From the sequence record NZ_CP069608.1: a stretch of 64,000 nucleotides of DNA; one strand, written 5' to 3'. Shown one piece after another: positions 41,967-52,606 of this stretch. The notes under the pieces are model-generated. The model had not been told where the DNA came from. It saw only the letters and a program-made list of their open reading frames with translations, and did no database searches. Origin of the DNA: a plasmid. A program made the translations under genes and the position numbers. How positions within the stretch are numbered: position 1 is the first letter of the stretch; every line of letters begins with the position of its first letter.

Positions 41967-43556
41967 CTATTCAGGTTTATTGTTTGCATTCGGAGCTGGT
42001 GTGAAAGAAGGTTTAAAATTCTTGTATTTTACTTCTGTAACCATTCCAGCAGAAGCATGATGTAAATCATGACAGTGAAACATCCAGTTTCCAGGATTGT
42101 CAGCCTTGAATGCTACAACGTATTCTTCACCTGGTTTAACATTTAGTGTATCTTTCATTAGTGGTGAACCTTCTATTGTCTTTCCGTTTTTACTCAACAC
42201 TTGAAAGAAATGTCCATGTAAATGCATTGGATGATCAGCTGATTTAGATGTGTTTTTCAACGTTACTTTAACTAAATCACCTTCTTTTACATTTAAAGGT
42301 TCAGTATTAGGATAGGTTCTATTGTTAATCGTATAAACCATGCTATTATCTTTCATGGCTGTACCAAGATTCATTTTATATTCAACATCATATTTACTAT
42401 CAAGAGAAAATTCACTTTTTGTAGTTTTACCATATTTAGTGATATCTACATTTGGTAAAGATTCTTCTGGATTTAGTTTATCATTATCTTTCTTTGAGTT
42501 ATCATAAACGATTTTAGCAACCATATTTTTAGCAGCATCGGTATCATCATGAGATTCAATATATGATGTACCAGGGTTATTAGCTTTGAATACTAAATCG
42601 TATCGTTCACCTGGAGAAACTGTCACCGTTTGATCTTTTATAGTAGCAGGATTATTGATTGGTTGCCCATCTGTTGAGAGAATTTTAAATTCATATCCAT
42701 GTAGGTGTATCTTATGAGAGATATATCCTGCATTGACTAAGCGAATTTTTACTGTATCTCCTTCAGTAACTTTTAGGGTTTCCATATTATTTTCACTTTT
42801 TCCATTAATGGTATAAAGATCATACATACTCATATCATCTTGCATATCCATATTCATATTCATTCCATCCATGCTTTCGGTTGAGTTATCTGTATCATTC
42901 TTATTTTCTTCACTTGTCATGGATCCATGGTCCATACCTTCCATGCTACTCTCACCAGACGAAATCCATTCATCTAAAACAAGTGTATAATCTTTATCTA
43001 CTTTTTCTTCATTTTTTCCTTCTATAATCAGCGTTCCATATAAACCTTTGTCTATTTGATTGACGCTATCCTGATGTGAATGATACCAATATGTTCCCGG
43101 AACAGAAGCTGTAAATTCATAAGTGAATGTTTTACCTGGCTGTACAGCATTCATAGTGACTCCAGGAATCCCATCTTGACTATTTGGAACAGGAAGTCCA
43201 TGCCAGTGGATTGTTACAGGTTCAGATAATTCATTTTTTAAGTTGATTTTAACCTTATCTCCTTGTTTGACTCGAATTTGGGATCCAGGGACAGAACCAT
43301 CATATGTCCAAACAGGTAATTTCGTTCCATTCCTAAAATCATGTGTAGCTTCTTTAGCAGTTAGAGTGAATTCCTTTCCTATCTTTACTTGTGTTGTTCG
43401 AGTAGAAGGGAATTTTTCTTTTTTACTTTGTTCTCCCTTGTTTGTATTATCCATGTCAGACATATCATGCCCTTTCATACTGTCTTCACTATTAGAGCAA
43501 GCAACTCCAGTCACAACTAACAATACTAAAATTAAAGTAAGACATAACTTTTTCAC
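41967..43556 (-). CDS. Lipoprotein multicopper oxidase (CueO/CopA-type) with Met/Asp-rich insert
   Basis: Lipobox LVVTGVACS. Copper-ligand motifs HWHGL, HSHQD, HPMHLHGH and HCHDLHHASAGM. Met-rich segment MEGMDHGSM…MDGMNMNMDMQDDMSMYD. Confidence 0.85.
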   Translation of the reverse strand: MKKLCLTLILVLLVVTGVACSNSEDSMKGHDMSDMDNTNKGEQSKKEKFPSTRTTQVKIGKEFTLTAKEATHDFRNGTKLPVWTYDGSVPGSQIRVKQGDKVKINLKNELSEPVTIHWHGLPVPNSQDGIPGVTMNAVQPGKTFTYEFTASVPGTYWYHSHQDSVNQIDKGLYGTLIIEGKNEEKVDKDYTLVLDEWISSGESSMEGMDHGSMTSEENKNDTDNSTESMDGMNMNMDMQDDMSMYDLYTINGKSENNMETLKVTEGDTVKIRLVNAGYISHKIHLHGYEFKILSTDGQPINNPATIKDQTVTVSPGERYDLVFKANNPGTSYIESHDDTDAAKNMVAKIVYDNSKKDNDKLNPEESLPNVDITKYGKTTKSEFSLDSKYDVEYKMNLGTAMKDNSMVYTINNRTYPNTEPLNVKEGDLVKVTLKNTSKSADHPMHLHGHFFQVLSKNGKTIEGSPLMKDTLNVKPGEEYVVAFKADNPGNWMFHCHDLHHASAGMVTEVKYKNFKPSFTPAPNANNKPE

Positions 43557-43751
43557 TACAGCACCCCCATATTAATTTAAATATGTCTACAATGTAATTT
43601 ATAATTGTGCAGAATGTTTGCAGATACTGTAAATAATTAATGGCTTACGAAATTTGTCTAAAGATAATTTTGAATTATTACCCAATCTGCACACTTTCTT
43701 CACATATTTTTTCTAAAATTTGTTGAAGGCTAAGTTAAAGGACGTGAAAAC

Positions 43752-45128
43752 ATGAATAGACTCTCATTAAAACTTGGCTTATTGTTTTTAGCTTTCATTC
43801 TATTGATTGAGGTTGGCTTATTTTTTTATCTATATACTGGGCTAGCTGGCACGAGAATTTCAGAGGAATTAGAAAGTTTAAGACTACGAGGGAACAGTCA
43901 TCGTGAGGTATTAGAGAAACACCATGATTCTGCTACCCTAAGCCATGTCGCTTTGATGGAATCAGAGGCAGAGACAGATGTAATTATTACAGATGAAGAT
44001 GGAAAGATTGTACGGACTTCTAGTCCTTTAGTAAAAGGAGCTAGAGAAGCTGTAGAACAATGGCAAGGCTATTCTCTTAGGTATAAAGGGGAAATTATGC
44101 AAGGGGATTGGAAAAACAAACCCTATATTGCGACTGCCTCTCCCATTAGACTAAACCAAAAAAACGCCGGAACTGTGTACATGTTTGAAAATACTAAAGA
44201 TATACAAGACATGATAGCTAGGCTTCAACACCATTTTTATATAGTTGGAGTTATTTCAGTGTTATTTTCAATTATCACTGTTTTTGCGCTTTCTAAATTT
44301 ATAACACTCCCTCTTATAAGAATGAAACAAGCAACTCAAAAGCTTAGTCAAGGAGATTTTTCTGTAAAGCTGGGTGCACATTCAAGAGATGAATTGGGCC
44401 AGTTAGGAACATCTATTCAAACCCTTGCTAATGAACTACATCGTTTAAAGGAAGAACGTAACGAATTTTTAAGTAGCATATCACATGAACTACAAACCCC
44501 CCTTATGTACTTAAAAGGGTATGCCGATGTAGCTAAACGCCAATCAAACAGTGAAGTGGAAAGAAATAAATACCTTAATATCATTGAAGAAGAGGCACAA
44601 AGGTTATCTCAACTAGTTAAAGATCTATTTCAACTTGCTCAACTTGATCAACATACATTTTTAATTCAAAAACAGAATGTCAAATTATATTCCTATTTAC
44701 ATCATATAATTCAGCATTTTGATTTGGTCTTAAAAGAAAAGGATATTCAACTGCATTTAAATTGCCCACAAGAAATTGAGGTGAATATTGACCCTGAAAG
44801 ATTCCAGCAAGTTGTTGTTAACTTGTTAGATAATGCATTGAAGTATTCTGACAATGGAACCGAAATTTTAATAATAGTGCGAGAACTACCTAAAAAAGTT
44901 ACGATTACCTTTAAAGATCAAGGAATAGGAATTCCTTCGACCGATCTTCCTTATGTCTTTGATAAATTGTATAGAGTAGAAAAATCGCGCTCAAGGAAAA
45001 GTGGAGGTTATGGTTTAGGATTATCTATTGTAAAAGAAATTGTGGAATCTCATGGAGGCGCAGTCACAATAGAAAGTGGGGTAGGAAAAGGCACTATGGT
45101 TGAAATCTTGTTAAGAGAGGATGTTTAG
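43752..45128 (+). CDS. Sensor histidine kinase (divergent from the multicopper oxidase gene)
   Basis: Two TMs, HAMP, H-box SISHELQTPL and HATPase_c motifs (DNALKYS, GGYGLGLSI). Confidence 0.85.
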   Translation: MNRLSLKLGLLFLAFILLIEVGLFFYLYTGLAGTRISEELESLRLRGNSHREVLEKHHDSATLSHVALMESEAETDVIITDEDGKIVRTSSPLVKGAREAVEQWQGYSLRYKGEIMQGDWKNKPYIATASPIRLNQKNAGTVYMFENTKDIQDMIARLQHHFYIVGVISVLFSIITVFALSKFITLPLIRMKQATQKLSQGDFSVKLGAHSRDELGQLGTSIQTLANELHRLKEERNEFLSSISHELQTPLMYLKGYADVAKRQSNSEVERNKYLNIIEEEAQRLSQLVKDLFQLAQLDQHTFLIQKQNVKLYSYLHHIIQHFDLVLKEKDIQLHLNCPQEIEVNIDPERFQQVVVNLLDNALKYSDNGTEILIIVRELPKKVTITFKDQGIGIPSTDLPYVFDKLYRVEKSRSRKSGGYGLGLSIVKEIVESHGGAVTIESGVGKGTMVEILLREDV

Positions 45129-45810
45129 AATGCCAACTATTTTGTTAGTTGATGATGAATCAAGGATGTTAGATCTACTTGAACTTTATCTTACTCCAAA
45201 TGGTTTTATATGTATTAAATTTGATTCTGGTATTGAGGCATTAAACTATCTAGAAGAAGGAAATGAAGCTGATTTAATGCTCTTGGATATTATGATGCCC
45301 GATAAAGATGGATGGGAGATATGTCATGAAGTTAGAAGTAGTTCCAAAATTCCAGTAATAATGCTAACCGCACGTAATCAAACCATTGATATAATAAAGG
45401 GTTTGAATACAGGAGCTGATGATTATATCGTTAAACCCTTTAGTGAAGGAGAACTGATTGCTCGCCTTAGAGCAGTATTAAGGAGAGTTTCAACAGAAAA
45501 TGAGGAGATTAACTATAAAGGATTATTATGGAGTCGAGAAAATCACCTGTTAAAATATGAAGATCAGGAAATACAAGTGACTCCAAAAGAATTTAAATTA
45601 GTAGGATTGCTCTTACAATACCCAAATAGAGTGTTTAGTCGTGAAGATTTATTAACCTCAGTATGGGGATACGATGCTGAAATTGAAGGAAGAACAATTG
45701 ATTCACATGTGCGAAATGTAAGAGATAAACTACGTAAAGCAAACTTTCCTGTAGATGACCACCTTCAAACTGTGTGGGGGCTAGGCTATAAATGGGTAGA
45801 CAGCAATTAA
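45121..45810 (+). CDS. OmpR-family response regulator
   Basis: Receiver domain (DDE…D…K) plus winged-helix C-terminus. Overlaps the HK stop. The HK→RR gene order is unusual. Confidence 0.85.
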   Translation: MFRMPTILLVDDESRMLDLLELYLTPNGFICIKFDSGIEALNYLEEGNEADLMLLDIMMPDKDGWEICHEVRSSSKIPVIMLTARNQTIDIIKGLNTGADDYIVKPFSEGELIARLRAVLRRVSTENEEINYKGLLWSRENHLLKYEDQEIQVTPKEFKLVGLLLQYPNRVFSREDLLTSVWGYDAEIEGRTIDSHVRNVRDKLRKANFPVDDHLQTVWGLGYKWVDSN

Positions 45811-46358
45811 AGCAAGTTGTTGTTGAGTGGTTATCTACCAATGAACTTATAGCCATATTAATTAGTCTATCCCTTAACATTGTCATAAGTATTTTAGGCA
45901 TTGTACCTAGTGTATTTCTTACAGCTGCAAACTTGAAAATATTTGGTTTTTGGGAAGGGACTATCATTTCATTTTTAGGAGAAGTTATAGGAACAAGTGT
46001 ATCTTTTTGGTTATATAAAAAGGGATTTAAATCAGTTTTAAGAAACAAGACGCAGAATCAACCTAAACTAGATAAACTCTTATCAACTACAGGAAAAGAT
46101 GCTTTTTCTCTAGTTATAGGCCTGCGCTTATTACCTTTTACACCTTCTGGATTGGTTACATTCCTTGCTGCTGTTGGAAATATGAGCTTTTCAATATTTT
46201 TCTTAGCCAGTACATTAGGAAAAATCCCTGCCATAGTCTTAGAATCCTATTCAACATATCAAGTGGTGAACTTAACGTTAGAAGGAAAAGTAATTTTAGC
46301 AGGGTTAGCGTTGATTTTAATTCTTTATGCCGTAAGGCGTAAAAAAACGAACAAATAA
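45792..46358 (+). CDS. TVP38/TMEM64 (DedA/SNARE-associated) family membrane protein
   Basis: VTT-domain motif GLRLLPFTPSGLVTFLAAV. Confidence 0.7.
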   Translation: MGRQQLKQVVVEWLSTNELIAILISLSLNIVISILGIVPSVFLTAANLKIFGFWEGTIISFLGEVIGTSVSFWLYKKGFKSVLRNKTQNQPKLDKLLSTTGKDAFSLVIGLRLLPFTPSGLVTFLAAVGNMSFSIFFLASTLGKIPAIVLESYSTYQVVNLTLEGKVILAGLALILILYAVRRKKTNK

Positions 46359-46462
46359 AATATTATTGCTCCCTAGTCTAACAGAATAACTCTCACAATC
46401 TTTTTTGCTTATTGCAAGGGTATTCATTAATTTTTTTTAAAAAAGGGCATTTAACCCTTCGC

Positions 46463-46484
46463 ATAGGGTACAGGGGTACCGTAT
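46463..46484. promoter_or_regulatory. Putative CsoR operator overlapping the -10 of the csoR-copZA promoter
   Basis: GC-rich pseudo-palindrome ATAGGGTACAGGGGTACCGTAT abutting TATAAT. Resembles the B. subtilis CsoR operator class (TACCC…GGGGTA). Confidence 0.35.
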
Positions 46485-46511
46485 AATATAATTATGAAAG
46501 GAGGAAATTAA

Positions 46512-46844
46512 ATGGATGAATTAGAAAAAATCACTGACAATGATAGTTGTTGTTCTATAAATAATGAACGTAGAAGTCATCACTCTCCAGAAGTGAAGAA
46601 AAACCTAACTAGTAGATTGAATCGCATAGAAGGACAAATTCGAGGGATTAAAGGATTAATTGAGAAAGATACTTATTGTGACGATATAATTACTCAAATT
46701 GCAGCCGTACAATCTGCTTTAAACGGTGTAAGTAAGATATTACTTGAAGGACACCTTAAACATTGTATAGTTGAGCGTGTTCAAGAAGGAGATAAAGAAG
46801 TAGTAGATGAATTATTGACAACAATTAAACGACTAATGAAATAA
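46512..46844 (+). CDS. csoR: Copper-sensing transcriptional repressor CsoR
   Basis: RLNRIEGQIRGI and YCDDIITQIAAVQSAL match CsoR, including the Cys-His-Cys Cu(I) ligands. Confidence 0.85.
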   Translation: MDELEKITDNDSCCSINNERRSHHSPEVKKNLTSRLNRIEGQIRGIKGLIEKDTYCDDIITQIAAVQSALNGVSKILLEGHLKHCIVERVQEGDKEVVDELLTTIKRLMK

Positions 46845-46852
46845 AAAAGGAG

Positions 46853-47068
46853 ATGTTAAGAATGGAAAAAGTAACGTTAACAGTTAAAGGAATGTCTTGT
46901 GGTCATTGTGTGAAATCTATTGAAGGAAGTGTTGGTGAACTTAACGGTGTACAACATGTAGAGGTAAATCTAAATGAAGCAAAGGTGTCCGTTGAATTTG
47001 ATCAAAACAAAGTATCGTTAGAATCAATTAAAGAAGATATTGATGACCAAGGTTATGAAGTAGCCTAA
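46853..47068 (+). CDS. copZ: Copper chaperone CopZ (HMA domain)
   Basis: GMSCGHC MxCxxC motif. 71 aa. Confidence 0.9.
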   Translation: MLRMEKVTLTVKGMSCGHCVKSIEGSVGELNGVQHVEVNLNEAKVSVEFDQNKVSLESIKEDIDDQGYEVA

Positions 47069-47149
47069 ATAAAATAGCGTGCGAATACTTCCGCACGCTT
47101 CCTTTAGGAATTGAATATACCTAATAGGGGTATAATAGGAGGTTATAAA

Positions 47150-49567
47150 ATGAGCGAACAGCAAAAAGAAACCACTTTACAAATTAGTGGCATGACCTGT
47201 GCAGCTTGTGCAAACCGTATCGAAAAAGGATTAAAGAAAATTGATGGTGTTCAGGATGCTAACGTAAATTTTGCATTAGAAAGATCAACCATTGTTTATG
47301 ATCCATCAAAAACAACTACTCAAGATTTTGAACAAAAAATTCAAAAATTAGGTTATGACATTGTAAATGAAAAAGATGAATTTAGTATTACAGGCATGAC
47401 TTGCGCAGCTTGTGCAAACCGAATTGAAAAAGGCTTGAATAAATTAGAGGGAGTCTCAAAGGCCACAGTCAATTTCGCATTAGAAACAGCAACAGTAGAA
47501 TATACCCCCTCCCAGGTAAGCACAACAGAAATGATTCAGCGAGTAGAAAAACTGGGATATGGAGCTATATTAAAGTCAGAAGAAAAAGAAGAAAATCTTA
47601 ATCATCGAGAGAAAGAAATTGAAAAACAAAAAGGGAAGTTTTGGTTTTCACTTATTCTAAGTTTCCCTCTGTTATGGGCAATGGTTAGTCACTTTTCATT
47701 TACTTCGTTTATTCCACTACCCGCCATGTTAATGAACCCATGGGTTCAATTAACTCTAGCAACTCCAGTACAGTTTATTGTAGGTAAACAATTTTACGTA
47801 GGTGCTTTCAAAGCACTCCGTAATAAAAGCGCAAATATGGATGTTCTCGTCGCCCTGGGAACCAGTGCAGCATATTTCTATAGTTTATATGTTTCAATTA
47901 AATCAATAGGCTCAAACGCTCCTATGATTGAACTATATTATGAAACAAGTGCCGTATTACTCACACTTATTATATTAGGTAAATTATTTGAAGCAAATGC
48001 TAAGGGACGTTCTTCTGAGGCTATCAAAAAACTTATGGGTTTACAGGCAAAAACAGCAACTGTTTTACGAAATGGTGAGGAAGTTGAGATTCCCATTGAA
48101 GAAGTACAATCAGGAGATATTGTTTATGTAAAACCTGGTGAAAAGGTACCTGTGGATGGGGAAATTGTAGAAGGTCAATCAGCCTTAGATGAATCCATGT
48201 TAACAGGAGAAAGTGTTCCAGTAGACAAAACCATTGGAGATGCAGTCATTGGAGCAACAATCAATAAAAATGGATTTTTAAAAGTAAAAGCGACAAAAGT
48301 CGGAAGAGACACAGCTTTAGCACAAATTATTAAAGTAGTGGAAGAAGCTCAGGGTTCAAAAGCACCTATTCAACGATTAGCTGACCAAATTTCCGGCATA
48401 TTTGTTCCAATTGTAGTTGGTATTGCAATTGTAACCTTTTTAATTTGGTATATCTGGGTTCAACCAGGTGATTTTGCTTTAGCACTAGAAAAATTAATTG
48501 CCGTATTAGTAATTGCTTGTCCATGTGCATTAGGGTTAGCAACTCCAACTTCTATTATGGCAGGATCAGGTCGTGCAGCAGAGTTTGGTATTTTATTTAA
48601 AGGTGGAGAACACTTAGAAACTACTCATAAAATCAATACCATTATCTTAGATAAAACAGGTACAGTCACAAACGGTACTCCTGAATTGACCGACGTATTT
48701 GTATCAAGTGGAATTGAAAATCAGGAGTTTTTAGAGTTAGTAGGTTCAGCTGAACGACAGTCTGAGCACCCTCTTGCTCAAGCAATTGTTGAAGGCATAA
48801 AGGTAAAAGGAATTAAGCTTGTTAGTCCTTCATCGTTTGAAGCTATTCCTGGTTTTGGGATTAAAGCTGTTGTAAATGAGAAAGAGTTATTAGTTGGAAC
48901 ACGTAAATTAATGAACCAGAATAATATCCAAATTGATAATGATTTAAAAAAAATGATTGAGTTAGAACGTGAAGGAAAAACAGCCATGCTGGTTGCTATT
49001 AATGGTCAATACGCAGGATTAATTGCTGTAGCTGATACCATCAAAGAAACTTCGAAAGAAGCTGTCACTCGATTAAAAGAGATGGGTTTAGAAGTCATTA
49101 TGATTACGGGTGATAATAAGCAAACTGCCCAAGCAATTGCTCAGCAAGTAGGTATTGAACATGTCATTGCTGAGGTATTGCCTGAAGGAAAAGCTGAGGA
49201 AGTGAAAAAACTCCAACATCAAGGTAAAAAAGTAGCGATGGTTGGAGACGGCATTAATGATGCACCTGCTTTAGCATTAGCTGATATCGGAATGGCCATT
49301 GGTACCGGTACAGATGTGGCGATGGAGGCTGCTGATATTACCTTAATGCGTGGTGATTTAAACAGTATTGCTGATGCGATCTTTATGAGTAAAAAGACAA
49401 TCCAAAATATTAAACAAAATTTATTTTGGGCATTTGGGTATAACACACTAGGTATACCGATTGCTGCGATTGGTTTATTAGCTCCTTGGTTAGCAGGCGC
49501 AGCAATGGCCTTTAGTTCTGTTTCTGTCGTTCTGAATGCACTAAGATTGCAAAGAGTGAAATTATAA
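47150..49567 (+). CDS. copA: Copper-translocating P1B-type ATPase CopA
   Basis: Two N-terminal HMA domains ([15 protein letters not shown] twice), [15 protein letters not shown], and HP and GDGIND motifs. Start refined to MSEQQ after AGGAGG. Confidence 0.9.
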   Translation: MSEQQKETTLQISGMTCAACANRIEKGLKKIDGVQDANVNFALERSTIVYDPSKTTTQDFEQKIQKLGYDIVNEKDEFSITGMTCAACANRIEKGLNKLEGVSKATVNFALETATVEYTPSQVSTTEMIQRVEKLGYGAILKSEEKEENLNHREKEIEKQKGKFWFSLILSFPLLWAMVSHFSFTSFIPLPAMLMNPWVQLTLATPVQFIVGKQFYVGAFKALRNKSANMDVLVALGTSAAYFYSLYVSIKSIGSNAPMIELYYETSAVLLTLIILGKLFEANAKGRSSEAIKKLMGLQAKTATVLRNGEEVEIPIEEVQSGDIVYVKPGEKVPVDGEIVEGQSALDESMLTGESVPVDKTIGDAVIGATINKNGFLKVKATKVGRDTALAQIIKVVEEAQGSKAPIQRLADQISGIFVPIVVGIAIVTFLIWYIWVQPGDFALALEKLIAVLVIACPCALGLATPTSIMAGSGRAAEFGILFKGGEHLETTHKINTIILDKTGTVTNGTPELTDVFVSSGIENQEFLELVGSAERQSEHPLAQAIVEGIKVKGIKLVSPSSFEAIPGFGIKAVVNEKELLVGTRKLMNQNNIQIDNDLKKMIELEREGKTAMLVAINGQYAGLIAVADTIKETSKEAVTRLKEMGLEVIMITGDNKQTAQAIAQQVGIEHVIAEVLPEGKAEEVKKLQHQGKKVAMVGDGINDAPALALADIGMAIGTGTDVAMEAADITLMRGDLNSIADAIFMSKKTIQNIKQNLFWAFGYNTLGIPIAAIGLLAPWLAGAAMAFSSVSVVLNALRLQRVKL

Positions 49568-49580
49568 AGGAGTGTAAGGA

Positions 49581-49745
49581 AATGAAAAAATGGATTGTTT
49601 CAGCTGTTTTATATCTCCTTATTGTTATAGCTGCTTATGCTATTTGGGCGAGTTTCAATGAGAGTCCAAAGAATGAACACCAAAATCATCAATCGATCTC
49701 TTATCCTACGCCGATTGAAAAAAGTTATAACATTAGGGTGCGATA
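49581..49745 (+). CDS. Small membrane protein (54 aa) immediately downstream of copA
   Basis: AAGGAG RBS. One TM. Below the ORF-track size cut-off. Confidence 0.3.
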
Positions 49746-49748
49746 GAG

Positions 49749-50078
49749 ATGGATATGCAGGGAGTACAAAAACATGTGTTAATCTGTAATGGAAAAAGCT
49801 GCGTCAAGAATGGTGGAGAACAAGTCGCAGAAGCGATTCGTGATGAGATAAAGAAAAGTGGTTGTACTAAATTTATTCATACAACTAAGACGTTATGTAA
49901 CGGTCAGTGTAAAAATGGAGCTATTACAATTCTGTATCCTGATGGTATCTGGTATAAAGAAATGGACGAAGACTCTGGAAGGAAGCTTATTAAAGAGATA
50001 AACACTCCCATTCCTTTAGAGCAAAAGATCCTATTGGACTATAAAAACCACCAATTTACTGAAAAGAAAACAGAATAG
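49749..50078 (+). CDS. Thioredoxin-like [2Fe-2S] ferredoxin-family protein
   Basis: C-x4-C…C-x3-C spacing (CNGKSC…CNGQC) typical of thioredoxin-like 2Fe-2S ferredoxins. Confidence 0.5.
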   Translation: MDMQGVQKHVLICNGKSCVKNGGEQVAEAIRDEIKKSGCTKFIHTTKTLCNGQCKNGAITILYPDGIWYKEMDEDSGRKLIKEINTPIPLEQKILLDYKNHQFTEKKTE

Positions 50079-50291
50079 CAAAAAGAGTTTAGCTTTTCTT
50101 TAGCTAAACTCTTTTTCTATACAGCTAAGGTAACAAATTTTCACGAAAAAAGGAAGTCTAACAGAATAATCTAATTATCTTCAAACTTTCTCTACAGTTT
50201 CATGGTTTAAATATTAAGATTATCGTTCTTTTATTATGTTTCTAAAATTATTAGGTCATTCTATAAGGTGAAATTATTTAATTCTCACTAA

Positions 50292-50313
50292 AACTGCACA
50301 AAAACTGCACAAA
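50292..50313. repeat. Tandem direct repeat AACTGCACAAA ×2 upstream of the DUF1541 gene
   Basis: Seen directly. Possible regulator half-sites. Confidence 0.4.
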
Positions 50314-50406
50314 ATTTATTTATGCTAAAGAAATAAAGTAATAGGAAAGTTTCTCATTTATACCATTGTTTTATTAAAGAGCGAATTCTATTGCTCAGAA
50401 AGAGGG

Positions 50407-50979
50407 ATGAAAATGAAAAAACAACTTTTTATTCTTGGAGTAGCAACAATTATAGGGCTGAGTGGTTGTGGAAATAATTCCAGCAATGATGATCAATCAA
50501 GTAATAAAAAGGAGTCAAATCAATCAGAGATGGATCACTCCAAGATGAATCATTCCGGTTCAAGCGAGGTTCCTGAAGGTTTACAAGAAGCGAAGAACCC
50601 AACATATAAGTTGGGAAGCGAAGCAACTATTAAAGCAGATCACATGAAAGGTATGAACGGTGCTAAAGCGACAATTGTTGGGGCTTATGATACTACAGTT
50701 TATACAGTTTCTTATACACCAACTACTGGTGGAGAAAAAGTAGCAAATCATAAATGGGTCATTCAAGAAGAAATTAAGGACGCTGATGATAAAACGTTAA
50801 AGCCAGGAACTGAAGTTACTCTAGAAGCAGATCACATGGAAGGTATGAAAGGCGCAAAAGCAACAATTGACTCAGCTGAAAAAACTACTGTATATATGGT
50901 TGATTACACACCAACTACTGGTGGAGAAAAGGTAACAAATCATAAATGGGTTACAGAAAATGAACTTTCTGCTAAATAA
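50407..50979 (+). CDS. YdhK/DUF1541-family lipoprotein with two tandem domains
   Basis: Lipobox LSGCG. Two repeats of ADHM(K/E)GM(N/K)GAKATI…TTVY(T/M)V(S/D)YTPTTGGEKV(A/T)NHKWV. His/Met-rich N-terminal linker. Confidence 0.65.
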   Translation: MKMKKQLFILGVATIIGLSGCGNNSSNDDQSSNKKESNQSEMDHSKMNHSGSSEVPEGLQEAKNPTYKLGSEATIKADHMKGMNGAKATIVGAYDTTVYTVSYTPTTGGEKVANHKWVIQEEIKDADDKTLKPGTEVTLEADHMEGMKGAKATIDSAEKTTVYMVDYTPTTGGEKVTNHKWVTENELSAK

Positions 50980-51145
50980 AGCAAGCCTAGAGATTATTCA
51001 ATAATGCAATTAAAATATATTACGTAGGTAATACCTCTGAAACATATAGATTTCAGAGGTATTCTTTTCACCCTATATATTTTTAATTTAAAAATAAAAG
51101 GAGGAATAGCCATTTGCCATTTCTCCCTTTATAGGTAGCAATTTT

Positions 51146-51475
51146 TTAAGATGCTAATTTCCTACATTCTTCTGCGCATTTCAAACAAGCATCTGCGCAC
51201 TTTTGACAGTGTTCATGGTCATGTTTTTTACACACGTTTCCACATGCTTCACAAATTTGAGCGCATGCCTGAGCTAATTCAGAGACAAAGGGTGTTCCTC
51301 TCCCTAAAGCTTGTTCCAAATACGCACAAATATCTGCGCACTCACGGTCAAGGCGAATACATTCAACCATCATATTTACATTTTCTTCTTTTAAACATGC
51401 ATCATAACAATGATTACATGCAGTCATACATTCATGTAACGTTTGAATAACAAATTGATAGTTTTCATGTGACAA
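51146..51475 (-). CDS. Csp3-like Cys-rich four-helix-bundle copper-storage protein (DUF326)
   Basis: 109 aa with 18 Cys in CxxxC/CxxC arrays on predicted helices, like B. subtilis YhjQ/Csp3. TTG start after AGGAGG. Confidence 0.65.
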   Translation of the reverse strand: MSHENYQFVIQTLHECMTACNHCYDACLKEENVNMMVECIRLDRECADICAYLEQALGRGTPFVSELAQACAQICEACGNVCKKHDHEHCQKCADACLKCAEECRKLAS

Positions 51476-51599
51476 GTTAAAATTCCTCCTCTAAATTTGC
51501 GTTCTCTCTATTACAATAGACTAACATTCGGTTTATTAAACATAATAAGATATATTGTTATATCTTTTACATATTCATAAAATCTCATAGGGAGGTTAT

Positions 51600-51938
51600 T
51601 TAGCTGACACTTGCCATAACACGGCATTCTCTGGCACAGTCTAAACACATTTGAGCACACATCTGTGATTGTTGATCAGAAAACCTTGAACATTCATAGG
51701 CACATGCCTTACAAGTATAAGCACAGAATTTGCAAGCGTTTCTCATAGACTTGCTGTTGCGCGATACTAATTGCGTACATAATATACAAATATCACAACA
51801 ATCTCTAAGTAATTGGATTTGTTGAACTCTGGCATGTACATCAGGACTATGCAGAGAGAAATTTATTGTTTGTTCACACATTATCACGCAGTCTTGAAGT
51901 ATTTTCATCATATTTTGAAACATATTTACATCCATCAT
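51600..51938 (-). CDS. Second Csp3-like Cys-rich four-helix-bundle protein (paralog)
   Basis: Start refined to MMDVN after GGGGGA. About 112 aa with 17 Cys in similar arrays. Confidence 0.6.
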   Translation of the reverse strand: MMDVNMFQNMMKILQDCVIMCEQTINFSLHSPDVHARVQQIQLLRDCCDICILCTQLVSRNSKSMRNACKFCAYTCKACAYECSRFSDQQSQMCAQMCLDCARECRVMASVS

Positions 51939-52201
51939 GCTTTTTCCCCCTATTTGGTTCATTTAACACGATATTTTATGTAGATACTCTTCTCCATAGA
52001 ATCCTATCAAAACGTTAGAGGGTCTAAAATTTGTTCTTCACCAAACCACGGAGGTAAAAACTCTAACAAAACAACCAATATACAAGCAATTTTCTGGTCA
52101 ACTTAATCCCTTCTCTTCGAAATGTTGTTTCACATCTAAGTTTGTTTCTTTTATACTTTAAAACATAGAGATATGTAAATTGAAGGCGGTGAAAGTAACA
52201 T

Positions 52202-52606
52202 ATGAGTGAAAACCATAATGAATTACTATCAAATATCTTAGGACCTCTTGAATTAGAAGTAATGAAAGTTCTTTGGTCTAAGAAAGAAGCAACTGTTCAG
52301 GAAGTATTAGCAGATTTAAATAAACAAAATGAGTATGCTTACACCACAATCATGACGATTATGAATCGTTTAGATAAAAAGAGAATTCTTACACGTAATA
52401 AGGTAGGAAAGGGATATCAATATAAAGCTCGTTATAATCAGGATGAGCTTGTTCAACATACTTCATCTAAGAAGGTCGAACAACTTCTTGGAAACTATGG
52501 TGATGTTGCTATTGCACAGTTTGTCGATGCTGTTGGCCATAATCCAGATCAGCTAAATAAATTGAAACAACTTATTCAAAATTTAGAGAATGGGGAAGAA
52601 TCGTGA
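52202..52606 (+). CDS. BlaI/MecI/CopY-family winged-helix transcriptional repressor
   Basis: The N-terminal ELEVMKVLW…TVQEV…YAYTTIMTIMNRLDKKRIL matches the Penicillinase_R domain. It has no C-terminal CxC motif, so it is not CopY-type. Overlaps the next gene (ATGA). Confidence 0.8.
   Translation: MSENHNELLSNILGPLELEVMKVLWSKKEATVQEVLADLNKQNEYAYTTIMTIMNRLDKKRILTRNKVGKGYQYKARYNQDELVQHTSSKKVEQLLGNYGDVAIAQFVDAVGHNPDQLNKLKQLIQNLENGEES

Noticed and set aside
43243-43575. 110-aa + ORF
   Set aside because: Antisense within the multicopper oxidase gene.
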